Source of the DNA: Candidatus Omnitrophota bacterium
Lineage (GTDB): Bacteria; Omnitrophota; Gorgyraeia; 2-01-FULL-45-10
Direction: 5' to 3'
NCBI GenBank assembly: GCA_026387175.1
Contig: JAPLME010000010.1
Span: forward strand, 62,096 to 126,095
Length of the DNA stretch: 64,000 nt
The notes below the pieces were generated by a model, which ran no database searches, was not told where the DNA came from, and saw nothing but the letters and a program-made list of their open reading frames with translations. The number at the start of each line of letters is the position of its first letter. Position 1 is the first letter of the stretch. Both the position numbers and the translations under genes were made by a program. Shown here piece by piece: positions 27,001-39,000 of the stretch.

Positions 27001-30000
27001 CGCCAAGGCATCTTTTACCTTGAGAATGGGTATAATGCAAATCTCGATAAGAATTCTGACGGGTTCATAGAGGTCGCGCCATATCTGACAACGACCGATA
27101 CGACGTCGAAGCTGAGCGGTCTCCTCGACCAATGCAATATCACCCTGGCCCAAGGGTCGAATCCTACGAAATTCTACGCTGACCGGAACAGTGACGGCTA
27201 TATAGATCAGGCAGATGTTAACGATCTGATCCAATCTAGTGATGAGAACCTGAAAGCATGGGGTAATGCTATTCTAGGTATCCTCAATAAGAATAGCGAC
27301 GTTAACAGTATAATTGACGACAATGAGAGACTATGGATTGCGGATCCGGCTCCCAGTGAGGCCGCTCAAAAGGACGCCGCTATGATCCGCAGCTATCTCC
27401 TTACGCCGATGCATATACCCGGCACGATCATTGTGGATAAGGGGTTTGATTATATCGACCAGATGGATATTAATATACTTAAAGACACTTCGACAGAAGA
27501 TGTTGACTGTGTGACGAAAAAAGAATGGGCTAAGACTATCAAAAATTACCTTGCCAATAATAATAAGCGCGATCAGGGTATTCTCTATTGGCAGAGTGAT
27601 TATTATTCCAGCCATATTCTTCCGGATATGGATGGTAACGGTGTTGTAAATAATGCCGATATAACGGTCGTTGTGAAAGATGCCCAAGGCCACGAGACAC
27701 GGGAAAATAAGTCCGACATTTTGAAGGGATGGCTGAACGGCGATGTGCCCCAGGGAGATTACGAGCATATCATAATGCCCGGCGATGCAGGATGGGACTC
27801 TAGGTACGATCTCAATAATGACGGCATATTAAGCGGAGCAGACCTGGAAGTACTCGCAAGAAATCTAACCCTGCCCCAGGATATTGTCACTGAAGCAAAT
27901 AAGACATTGAGTGACGACAACAAGCTTTCGGATCTGACCACGTCCCAGGTTCTTAACGGCATAAAAGCGAATGGCCAGGGCTATTTCACCAATGTCAGGC
28001 TCGTCACGGCGGCTAATATCACCACGGTTCAAGCCCACCTCAATGAGGTGAACAATTTATTGGCGGATGGTAGCAAGTTTACGCGCGCTACTGAAAACCA
28101 GGTCATGACCGCAAATCAGGTCCTCGATCAGATAATATCAGGCGGCCAGAAATTCCTCGACAATATCCTGCTTGTCACAAAGGATAGTATAGAGAGTTCT
28201 CAAGCGCATCTCAATGATGTGAACAGTCAATTGAAGGGGGTTAAGTTTACGCTCACCGAGGGCCAGGTCATGACCGCGGATCAGGTCCTTAACGGTACAA
28301 TAATGAACGGCCAGACGTTCCTGAGCAATATTATGCTTGTCACAAAGGATCGTATAGTCGATTATCAGACTTCGACCAAGGCGATAAACGATGGGTTGGA
28401 TTCAGGCAATCAACTTACGTCCTTTACCCCCGACGAGATCCTTAGCGGGATAGTAGCAAACGGGCTGGTGTATTTCACCAATATCAATCTCGTCACAGTA
28501 GATAATATAACCACGTCTCAGGCCCATCTCAATGAGGTGAACAATTCATTGCCGAACGGTAACAAGTTTACACGCGCTACTGAAGACCAGGTCATGACCG
28601 CGGACCAGGTTCGTGAAGGTATAATAATGGACGGCCAGAAGTTCCTCGATAACATCAAAGATCTCGTCACGAAGGAGAATATAACCAAGTCTCAAAACTA
28701 CATCGTGGAAGCAAACAAGACATTATCGGATGGTAACCAGCTTACGCCACTGACCGCGGACCAGGTCCTTAACGGTATAATAGGGGGCGGCCAGAAGTTC
28801 CTGGACAACATCAGTTCCACACAGGCTGTTTTGGATGAATTTGTTCCTCACGGATTTGTCGCTCGTTTTAACGAATACATGATAAATAACGCGGCGCTTG
28901 TCGATGATCCGAAAGTGAGCACTGATGCTTATAGCGTATTGCTTGCCACTCATCCCGGAATTACAGATATCAATCTCGACCATAAAATAGACCATTTTGA
29001 TCTCGATACCTATTCTCTTAATTCGGAGACGCGTACGGAACGTGATCATGTGACCTATGAGACTTCGGGCAGGCTCTTTGGATACCGCGATACTGTTACA
29101 TCCCCTTCAACCCCATACCAGGTGACTGAGAGCATCGTATCGGACATCTATTATAACGAGAAGGGCCAGATGGAAGGATATAATCAACTGGATAATAGTT
29201 CGACCTTCCTCGAGTTGAACGGCAAAGACAGCGATTATGCCATTACGACCGAGAATGGGACTATGCCGGATCTCAATATAAGGAATGGGTACCTGAATTT
29301 TGATTTCAACGCCGCCACAGGAAAGTCATTCGAAGTGGGGGTGAGTATAGAAGTTGATAAATATATAGGGACATCCTTGACTCAGGAAGAGTACACTATC
29401 CATTTCGCTCTTGGTGAAAATACCGGCGAGATTAGCTACGATTCCAATACGCCATTCGAGGCTACCTATAATCTCGGCGCCGAATCAGATCTCTGCGACC
29501 GTAAATGGCATTCGGCCCTTCCCTTAAATCTGAGCCTTTATAGGATAATTGACCAGATAGCCAGTAAAAATGGCAGTCCTGCCGGCGCCCGCTATAAGCT
29601 TAACCATGTAAAAGCCATAACGCTTAAAGGCGAAGATGTCCAATTTAAAAATATATCGCTTTCGGCGGATAGCCTTCTCACCGATATAAAACCGGTTTCA
29701 GTCAAAAACTCGCAATGGAATAATGTTATTAAGACTGATCTCGGTACCTTCAATGCGCCCTACGAGAGCGAGCTTACCATAAAGGATATCAAGCGTAGAA
29801 ACTTCAAATATAATGAGCTGATGCAGTCCACCGGCTACCAGGATACGGTCTGGAGTTCCGATAACCCGGCTATCGAGACCGTAAGGACCATTTCCGCCAA
29901 CGTCTATAATGGGCTCGGCCAGATCGTAAGCTCTGACGAGAAGACCGAGACGCGCCAGAACTCGCTTACGGTGAGCTCTCCCGGCACATCGCTTTACGGT

Positions 30001-33000
30001 ATCGTCAGTAAGAAGGACAACATCTTATATAAAGACGCGAACCTGAAGTATTACGCGGATTCTATGTCCGCGGGAGTGCCGCTCGGGTTCCTCTCTTTTG
30101 AGATAGACGCCAAGAAGATGGAAGACCTGCGCGATCCTAGCCACAGTTTTAATGTCAACGCCCCGTCCGAGGATTTCGTCATTTATGTCGCGGCGAAGGT
30201 AAAAGTCGATGAAATAAACGGTAAGACAGAAGACGTCCTTGTAGCGGTGCATATTACCGAAGGTACAGAGGGGTGGAGAGATCCTTTAAACGAAGAGAAG
30301 ACAGACGAAGCGATAGGTGTGAAAAAGGTATACGACTATTATCTCTTAAACCATGTGAATAGCGATGGAGTCATTACCGACGCAAAGGATACCGGCCTCA
30401 GCATCTATGATTTTGATGCCAAAGAGAATGACAAAGATAACAATGAAGTGAAGCGCATAGCTCTCGCCAAGGAAAATGGGACCCTTGCCATAGACAGATG
30501 GTTCCGCATAGAAAGTATCAATCTCGAAACGATATGTGCCGGTAATATTCTTTCAGATAGCCACAACACACCATATGTCTTCGACCACGTTAAGTGGTTC
30601 TACATACGCGGCGGCAGTTATACGCTGCGCAACATGGTAGTTGCGGCGGATAAGTACAAATCAAATGCGGAGAAGATCTCTCTGGCGAGCTCTGACTGGC
30701 AGGTCTATGCCAGCAAAGCCACCATTATCAGTAATGATGATGCAAGCGGTTCTTCACCGGAGTCCCTCATACTCGATATCAGCACCGATTCGAGCCAGGA
30801 TACGTCAATCTCCCCCACTGACGCGGCCGGTAATACCCAGAACCTTAATTACACCGGCAAGAACTACCTGGTATTTGATTACAAAAATGACACAGAGGTT
30901 CTGGATACGCGCGACACCTTCTATATAGCCCTGTATGTTACAGGCAAGAATGGCAAGAATTACTCCCTCTATTACTATACTAATAAAATCGGTTCTCCGG
31001 TCTCAAAATATGAAACCATAAGCGGCGGATGGGCAAATTTCGGCATGGCTGAAGCATGCAAGAGCGATGTTGATTACCAGAATAAATTCAACACCGAATA
31101 TGTAGCCAAAACAGAAACAACTCCGGAAAAGGTGGGGGATGGTTTTACGACCGTTGTGAGAAATATCGATCAGGACCTGCTCGACCAGTTCGGCACCGGA
31201 CTGCAGAAGATAGGGTCGCTCTCTATGGTTACCAGGGGCGGCAAGTATCAGATCAGGAGCCTGAGATTTACCGCTTTAACCACTGCAAGTCCTACAGCGG
31301 ACTCTTGCGGCAACATTAAATACACTGACATACAGGGCAAAGAAACCAAGGTCCAGCGCGTGGCCCTTGATAAAAAACGGTGGAAAGCGACCAAGGGCGA
31401 TATATCGCTTGCGAGCGCCGGCAAGGTGACAACATCCCAGAAATGGGATATGAAGTACAATACGCAAGGCCAGCTCCTGTCTTATAAAGACAAATCTTCC
31501 AGTTCGACCGCGAAGATCATCTCTATGAATGGCGCTAAGGATGCCACTGTCTCTGTAACCGCCTCGCCATCAGAACCAGTATATCCATGGGGTGTCACAT
31601 CAGGAACAGCCGAGTTCACGCTGCTTATCGGAAATATGTATGACGACACCGAAAAGAATAATAATATTGTTATCTACTTCGGAGACTCTAAGGTTGGCTA
31701 TCAACTTACTATAAGGGCGACAGATGACCTGGGAGCCGACGCTTGGGCATGGCAGCTTGCCAAGACGGACGCGGAAGGAAACACTATGGGCCAGAGTGAA
31801 ACTAACAGTGGCCTGTGCGTTACCGGCAAGGAAGCGGATGGCTGCAAGCCGCTCAAAAAAGGCGGTTTCTATAAATTCAGAGTGGAGATATCGTCAGGCT
31901 ATGTCAGGTTTAAAGAGATATATACCAATACCGTAATAGAGCTGAAAGATCCCGATTCGCACTGGGACTGCGGCGCTCCGATCCTGAGGGTATCTGCCCG
32001 GAGCATGGACGCATCTATCGGCGCCATGTCATTTAAAGACTGGAGGACCGACGCTGACTATACTTATAACAATAACTCGCGCATCACGCCTTCCACCCCA
32101 TCGAATACGAGCGTAAGCATAACCGATCTGAGCAACCAGACCACCAAAGTCGATGCCATGTCGTACAATGAGAACGGGCTTATTCTTTCTCAGCGCGTTC
32201 GAGGCGTCGGCGCGAGCTCGCTCTACAAATTTACATATATAGATACTGATAAAGCCGCCATTATTGAGGTCAGTAACAGCACATCCTTTACTGTCCTGGA
32301 TGGGAATAATAATAAGATGTATTCCGACAGCTGGGCTGAGACGGGATCATCGGACACAGATCCGTCAAAACTGAAGAGGGACGCGGGCGCGGACAGCGTT
32401 AACTTCATGAGAGAGGTAAGCGGCTGGGACAAGAAACCGTCGTACATGGCCTATAACAATATCAAGTATGAGACGGTTAATGGGGAAGAGGGTGGGAAGG
32501 TAATAGGCATCGACTATATAGTCGACCATAAAGGGTACAGGTATGAGTTTGACAGCGAAGGGAGGCCGTCAGCGCTTTATGCAAAGGATACTTCTTTCCT
32601 TGCGGATAAAGTCGCCCACGTAACTTATTCATATGATCCCGACCTTGTCGTCAATATATACAGGGATAAATATGACGGCGATCACCATACCTCATTGCTT
32701 AAATTCAAGGCTCATTATGATGCGCACGGCACTCTGATAGCTCTCACGGGTACCGATGTCGGCGAGAACGAGAACTGTTATTCGGACTATAAAGCCGAAA
32801 TAGTTTATGATGAGGTGACCGGCGAGATCCTTACCGCCAACATTATGGAGCTCAGCACTACAGGCGATAATAAGACGGTCTTCAGCCAGTCGCAGGAGAT
32901 TTTCTATAACGGGACGCTTGTCTCGTTCACCGGGACCAGCTGGACGCTGGGTTCATCCCTTTCAAACACTGACGGCAATGTATCACTGGATACCCTTTCC

Positions 33001-36000
33001 AAATTCTTCTCCAGCCTACGTTTGAGTATCGGATCGGCGAATCAGAATGACGTTATGGCGCTTCTTACAAAGATCTCGAATAATATCAATGACGGTGATT
33101 CCAAAGCGCTTTTAGCTAAAATCGTTGGCGGAGCTGCGGCCAGTTCTATGATAGCGGCTCTCCAGGCATACGGCGGCCTGTTCGCAAGCCTTTTTGGAGC
33201 CGGTGATTTTACCGGAAAACTGGATGAATCGAAAGGTTATTTCGTATATGCCGGCAACATGCTTGTGGGCTCGGCGACCGACAAGACCTCGTATAACGTC
33301 ACTAAAGGGTCGTCTGCGGTCTCATCCGCCAGTTTCAGCCAGACGTTGATTACGAACGTTGACGAATATGGTAACGCTACCGGAAGCTCTACCGTGAGCG
33401 AAAAAGACGGTGTCATTACCAGTACCAAATGGAAGGGCGGCGATTACGATCAAAATGGCCATACCGGCTGGTATTCGACCGTCTCTTCACGCACGGATGG
33501 CACAACGACGATAACTTCAAAGAGCTCGGTAACTAACGCCAAGTATAACAACTACGGCCAGATAACGGGGTGGACCGACACCTCCTGGTCGTCTGCCACG
33601 CCCAACATAACCACGCTTACGATATATTCGAACGTCTCATACAACACTCTCGGCAAGATCGCAGGCTATACGCTTAATATCCATGATTTTGGCCAAGCGT
33701 ATGATTTTAGCCGCCTCCAGGTCTGGTCCAACATGACCTGGTCTGGCGATTTTATGACGAGCGCTACGTACACCAATATGCTGATAGACCCATCCGTTAC
33801 CGCGGGCTCCATCGAGACTATCAGTATCAACAGCCGTAAGGACGGCACAAATACGATCACCGACAGCGTATCTAACAAAAATGGCGTTCGGACTAATACG
33901 ACGAGCACCGCCAATGCCCTTGGCCTTACGATACACTCCACCAGCACCGTTTATGATGCCAATGTAAATGACCCGAGCAAGCGGACCTCGACAAACGAGA
34001 CTTATGAGATAAAATACAGCGCCTCGGGCAGTAAGATAAGCTCGCTTTCCGCGTCTGATGGCAATATTTCGCGTAGTTATTATAACGGCTACGGTAACAC
34101 ATACTATACCCATACCGACTACGCGGACGGCGGTAAATCCGATACCAGCTATTTGTATGGCAGTACCGGGCATCTCCTCTCCTCCAGCAGTTCTTATGTC
34201 AGCGCGCTACATACCGAGGACAAGGTTGAGAGTATAGACCAGGGCACGATGACATCGCATACCACGTACCGGATATACATTATCTCCGTTACGACCTACA
34301 ATGCCGCAGGCGATGCCGTTAATACCACCAGTGATTATCGTACAGAAGGCAGAACCGACATTGTTGCGATACAGGAAGGCGTTGAAGGGCACCACGATAG
34401 GCAAGACTATTGGCAGGGGCGTACTCATATCATTATAGATAACAATTATGATATCCACTGGAGTTCTACGACGCGTCAGGGAACGCAATGGACACAGACC
34501 CAGCGAACGGTAAGCGATGGCCATGGCAATGAGCTATCGAAGACGGAACTTAATACTGTGGAGAACTCTCTCTATAAGGATACCTCGACGTCCAGCTTCA
34601 TTACAGGGTATTACACGGTCTGGACGCAGACGGTCACCAGGAGCGGTAACGGTTGCAGCGGCTCCAGGCAGACGCAGACGACCTTTACCACATACATTCC
34701 GAATGCAACCGGAACAGGATTTGTAAAGGACGAGAGCAGATCATGGACACACACAACAATCGAGAAGACCGGATGGATGAACTCAGGCTGGTTCTCGATA
34801 CTCAAGATATTCGTCTCAGTCTTGGCGGCCATAAGCGGGCAGTGGTATCTGATCCTGGCAAGCGCCGCTCTCTCCGCTTTTCAGGGCATTGCGACGGGCA
34901 ACTGGATGGCGGTCGCGATGGCGATCGTGGGAGCCGTTGTAGCGATATATTTCCCCAACGGTATAGACTGGCTTCAGAATGGTAATCTCGGAATCAATGC
35001 AGTTTTTAACGGCCTCATCAGCCTGGGTATCGGAGCGGCCGCGTATTTAATCGGCTATCTCCTTAAAGATGTTTGCCCGGTGCTCGGCGCGTTATTACAA
35101 GGTGCAGGCCTTTCCATCGCGATGAGCGGCATCCAGCAGTTAGCGCGAGGTATTTGGGGTTCCTTTAATCAGACGCCAACTGGAAGTGCTGGTACTCAGA
35201 CCACTGAGAAACCGGACTTTTCATGGGCAAAAGTGTTCAGTCCGAGTAATGCCTCAAACATAGCATCAGCTGTAGTATCGGCCGGCGTGCAGATAATGGG
35301 GTTGGTAAGCGAGAGGAATAATTGGAGCCCATTCGTTAAATTCCTTGCATCTGTGGGAGGGGCCATTATTGGCGGCATCGTGGCGTGTGCCATAGGAAGT
35401 AATTTCATAAACGCTAGCCAATCAGTCCTTTCAAGTTTGGCCAATAGCTTCTTTAGCCTGGTTGGCACTTATGTCATACAGAAAATTTCTGAGAACATCG
35501 CGAAACGTTATACGGAGAAGAGAGAGGCGATAAATAAGAAGTATGATGTGCTGTTAGCCCGCCTGAAGAATGAATATAATGACGGTAAAGGCTCGATGTC
35601 ACAAGGGCAGTATGATTCGCAGAGCCAGGCCCTTGAAAATTCGCGCGGGCTGGAGCTGCAAGCCCTGGGAGACCAGCAAAATGTCGAAATGATGGGTATA
35701 AGCACCACTATAGGCGCGATCGGAGATATGTTTGCGGCAGTTATCGGGGCTATCGCCTCTAAGTATTTGATGCCGTTGATCGAGAATATATATGTAGCCG
35801 TTAAATATGACCGCAACCTGGATCAGGTAAATTTTCTACGGATAGCATTACCGAAGACATTCGAAGCTATGAAGACATCCGCGATGGCAGGAAAGCTCTT
35901 CCAGGGTAATATCGACCAATATATTCAGTTTGCTGCAAAGAATTATGGCGCAGATACGATTGAGAGCTGGGGCATTAATTTCGAGTCGTTGGGAGTAGGG

Positions 36001-39000
36001 CCGGCAGACCAGTATAAAGGCGAAGCGCTAAAACAGCAACAGTTGTCGGAAGGTAAGGGAGTCTGGGACGCTAAGGGCACAGGAATGGGCAACGCGCAAC
36101 TTAATGTACAGCAGATGAGCATGATAGACGCCATGATGTCTTTAGGATTATTTGGTGATTCAGCGAGTAATAGGGTTACCGCAGCGACATTCGGCAAGCT
36201 CACGGGTGACCAGACGATTAAAGATACGATAAGCGCGACACTTGGCGATAACGCTGTTGTGACCGATGTAAAGCTGACGACCGAGAACGGTAAGACCGTT
36301 ATAACATTTGCCGTGGACGCCAAGACCGTGACCGGCCAGGCAAAGAACCTTATGGAATCCGTCCTTAAGGCGGACTCTAACGCGAAGATCGAGGGACAGA
36401 TAGATATCCTTACCGGACAAGTCTCATTCGTGACAAAGATCGAGTCCGGCAGTATGGCGGTCCTCCTGGCTAACCTGGTCCAGAACAATGTCCTGAGCCA
36501 GGTGGCGGTCGCCAATATGACAGCTTCCGCGGAGCAAATGTGCAATGGAGATATATTTAGCGATGATGGCAAGCTCGACTTCAAGAAAGCCGCCGCAGGA
36601 GGCAGTGTCACCGTTAGACTTACCGCAAACGGCCAGGGCAGCTTCTCCTTTGATATGAACGCCAATAATCTGAACAACGAAATGAAGACTGTCGCCGGCG
36701 TTCTCGGTATTGTCGACTCTAATAATAACGTCAAAGTCGTTATCGATGCCGGATCCGGACAGATGTTCCTTGCGATGGGAAAATTGACTTCCACCCAGGC
36801 AGATAGCCTTATCGCGTTTGCCAATGATAACGGATGCAAGACATTCACCCAGCAGCTTGGCGGCCTGGGTGGCTGTGAAATCCTCGGTGGGCAGATAGGC
36901 CTGAACGCGGACGGCAACTTTGTCGGCAAGGTCCAGATCAATATTCGCGCCGGGTCGAGCACGGCCTCATTCTCACTGGGCAATGACGTGGCCGGCCTTA
37001 ACGATCTCGCGAGTATCTTTGGAAGCAATGTGCTCGCTACGATGACCGTTGAGGAAGGCGCCCAGCGGCCGACCCTTGACTCTCTGTCGTTCGGCGCGGC
37101 AAACCTTGACGATATCCTTCTCAAGCTTAACCAGATGCCGGATCTCCAGAAGGTCCTGGCCCCAGCTCTCACAAAACTCAAAGAGGCATCGGACCAGAAC
37201 CTTGTCAACCTGAACAATATAGTGGTGAAGACCGACTTTGGCATCGACAAGACGGGTGATGTGAGGGCGCTTGTCAGCTTCGTATTCAGCTCTATTACCA
37301 CGATAGACATTAAGAATATCCAGATCGCGTTCAAGGTCGATCTCTCGAAGGTCTCGATTGAGAATGGCCTGACTATAGCGACCCTGAACGGCAAGGACTT
37401 CTTCGTAGTTACCGCTGAGACCAAGGTCAATATGGCGGCCGCGCCGGTGAGTGAGATCGCGAGGGTTATCAATTCATACGCTGCCGTCCCGGAGACCGAG
37501 AGGCCTGCCGCTATGGATAAGATAAAAGAGTTAGTCGGGGAGGCCGTTGATACGAATGCGTTTTATGGAGACCGCGCTAGCGCCATAGGCGCCATTAAAG
37601 AACTGAGCGATGCCTCGAGCGCTATCCTGAACGGCCTTAAGAACGGTAATCTGACCATGCCTGAAAGATCAGAGATGGCGGATCTGCTTGAGGGCTGCCT
37701 CGATAAGGCGCGCGAACTGCTCGCATCCGACACGATCCCGTTCGATAAAGAGTTTGCGGGCCTCGCGCTAGGGATGCTGGTCAATGCCAATATCAATCTC
37801 GTCGCTCAAATAGGAAGATTCAGCAAAGATTTCGATCTCTTTGCCTGGGGCCAGATAGAAGCGTCTCTGGATGTGGTCATGAACCTTCTTTCCGTAGATA
37901 ACGTCAATAAGCTGCTGGCCGAGGGCGGCAAGGACTTCGTAATTGCCGCATTCAAGGCGCTTGGCGATATGGTCGTCAACCTTATTCAGAATTTTGCAAA
38001 TCTTGAGAAGAATGGTTTAGGCGAAAAGGCGATGAACAAGATAGCTGAGGCGTTTAACACCATAGAGGCATTCCTCACGATCGATAACGTCGTCTCTCTT
38101 CTCGACAAGGGTTTTGTGGATGTCCTTCGCGCCGCAGTCGAAACTCTGGTCAAAATGACCACAGCCCTTATAGCTAACTTTGGTAATATAAAGGATAAGG
38201 CCCTACAAGCGCAGGCCATGGGAATCATTAAAGGTGCGTTCAGTACGCTCTGTGACCAGAAGACAGGCATCCTGGCGATCGACAATGTCCTGAATATCCT
38301 TGATAAGCGGGATGGCGCTATGTTCCTCACTACAGCAGTTAATGCTCTGGGCAGCATGACCAAAGCGCTCATCGAGAACTTCTCGACATTTGCCAAGAAT
38401 GGTTTCGGCAAAGAAGCTATGGATATCATCACAACCTCGTTTAATACGCTCTGTGACCAGAAGATAGGAATTCTCGCCGTGGATAACGCGATGAAGATCC
38501 TGGCTAAGGTCGGCGGTGCGGTATTCCTTATCGCGGCTGTCAATAATCTCACGATGATGGCCGTAGCCATGATAGAGAACTTCGGTGTCTTCGCCAGTAA
38601 GGGTTTCGCGGCAGAAGCCATGAATGTGGTAGAGCTTGCTGTTACTACGGTCTCGAACCTTCTCCAGACGGATGTCATAACCGAAATGCTTAAGAAAGGC
38701 GGAGATTCGGTAAATGTCATTACCGCGGCACTCGCATCACTGACTACTATAACTGCCAAGCTCGCAGAGAACATAGCTAACTTTGGCGGTGAAAATAAGG
38801 AAGCGGCATTAAAGCTTGTACTGAAAGCGCTCGGCACATTGGTCAAGCTGGGGTCTTTTGAGGCCATCAATAATATTCTTGACTCAGCGAGGGCCGGCGG
38901 CGATGTCAAGAAGGGCGAAGCTGTGATAGCGACAGCCGCGGTAGATATCGCCTTACTGTCTAACGCGCTCTTGAATGGTAAAGGTATCGATGCCCTGACG

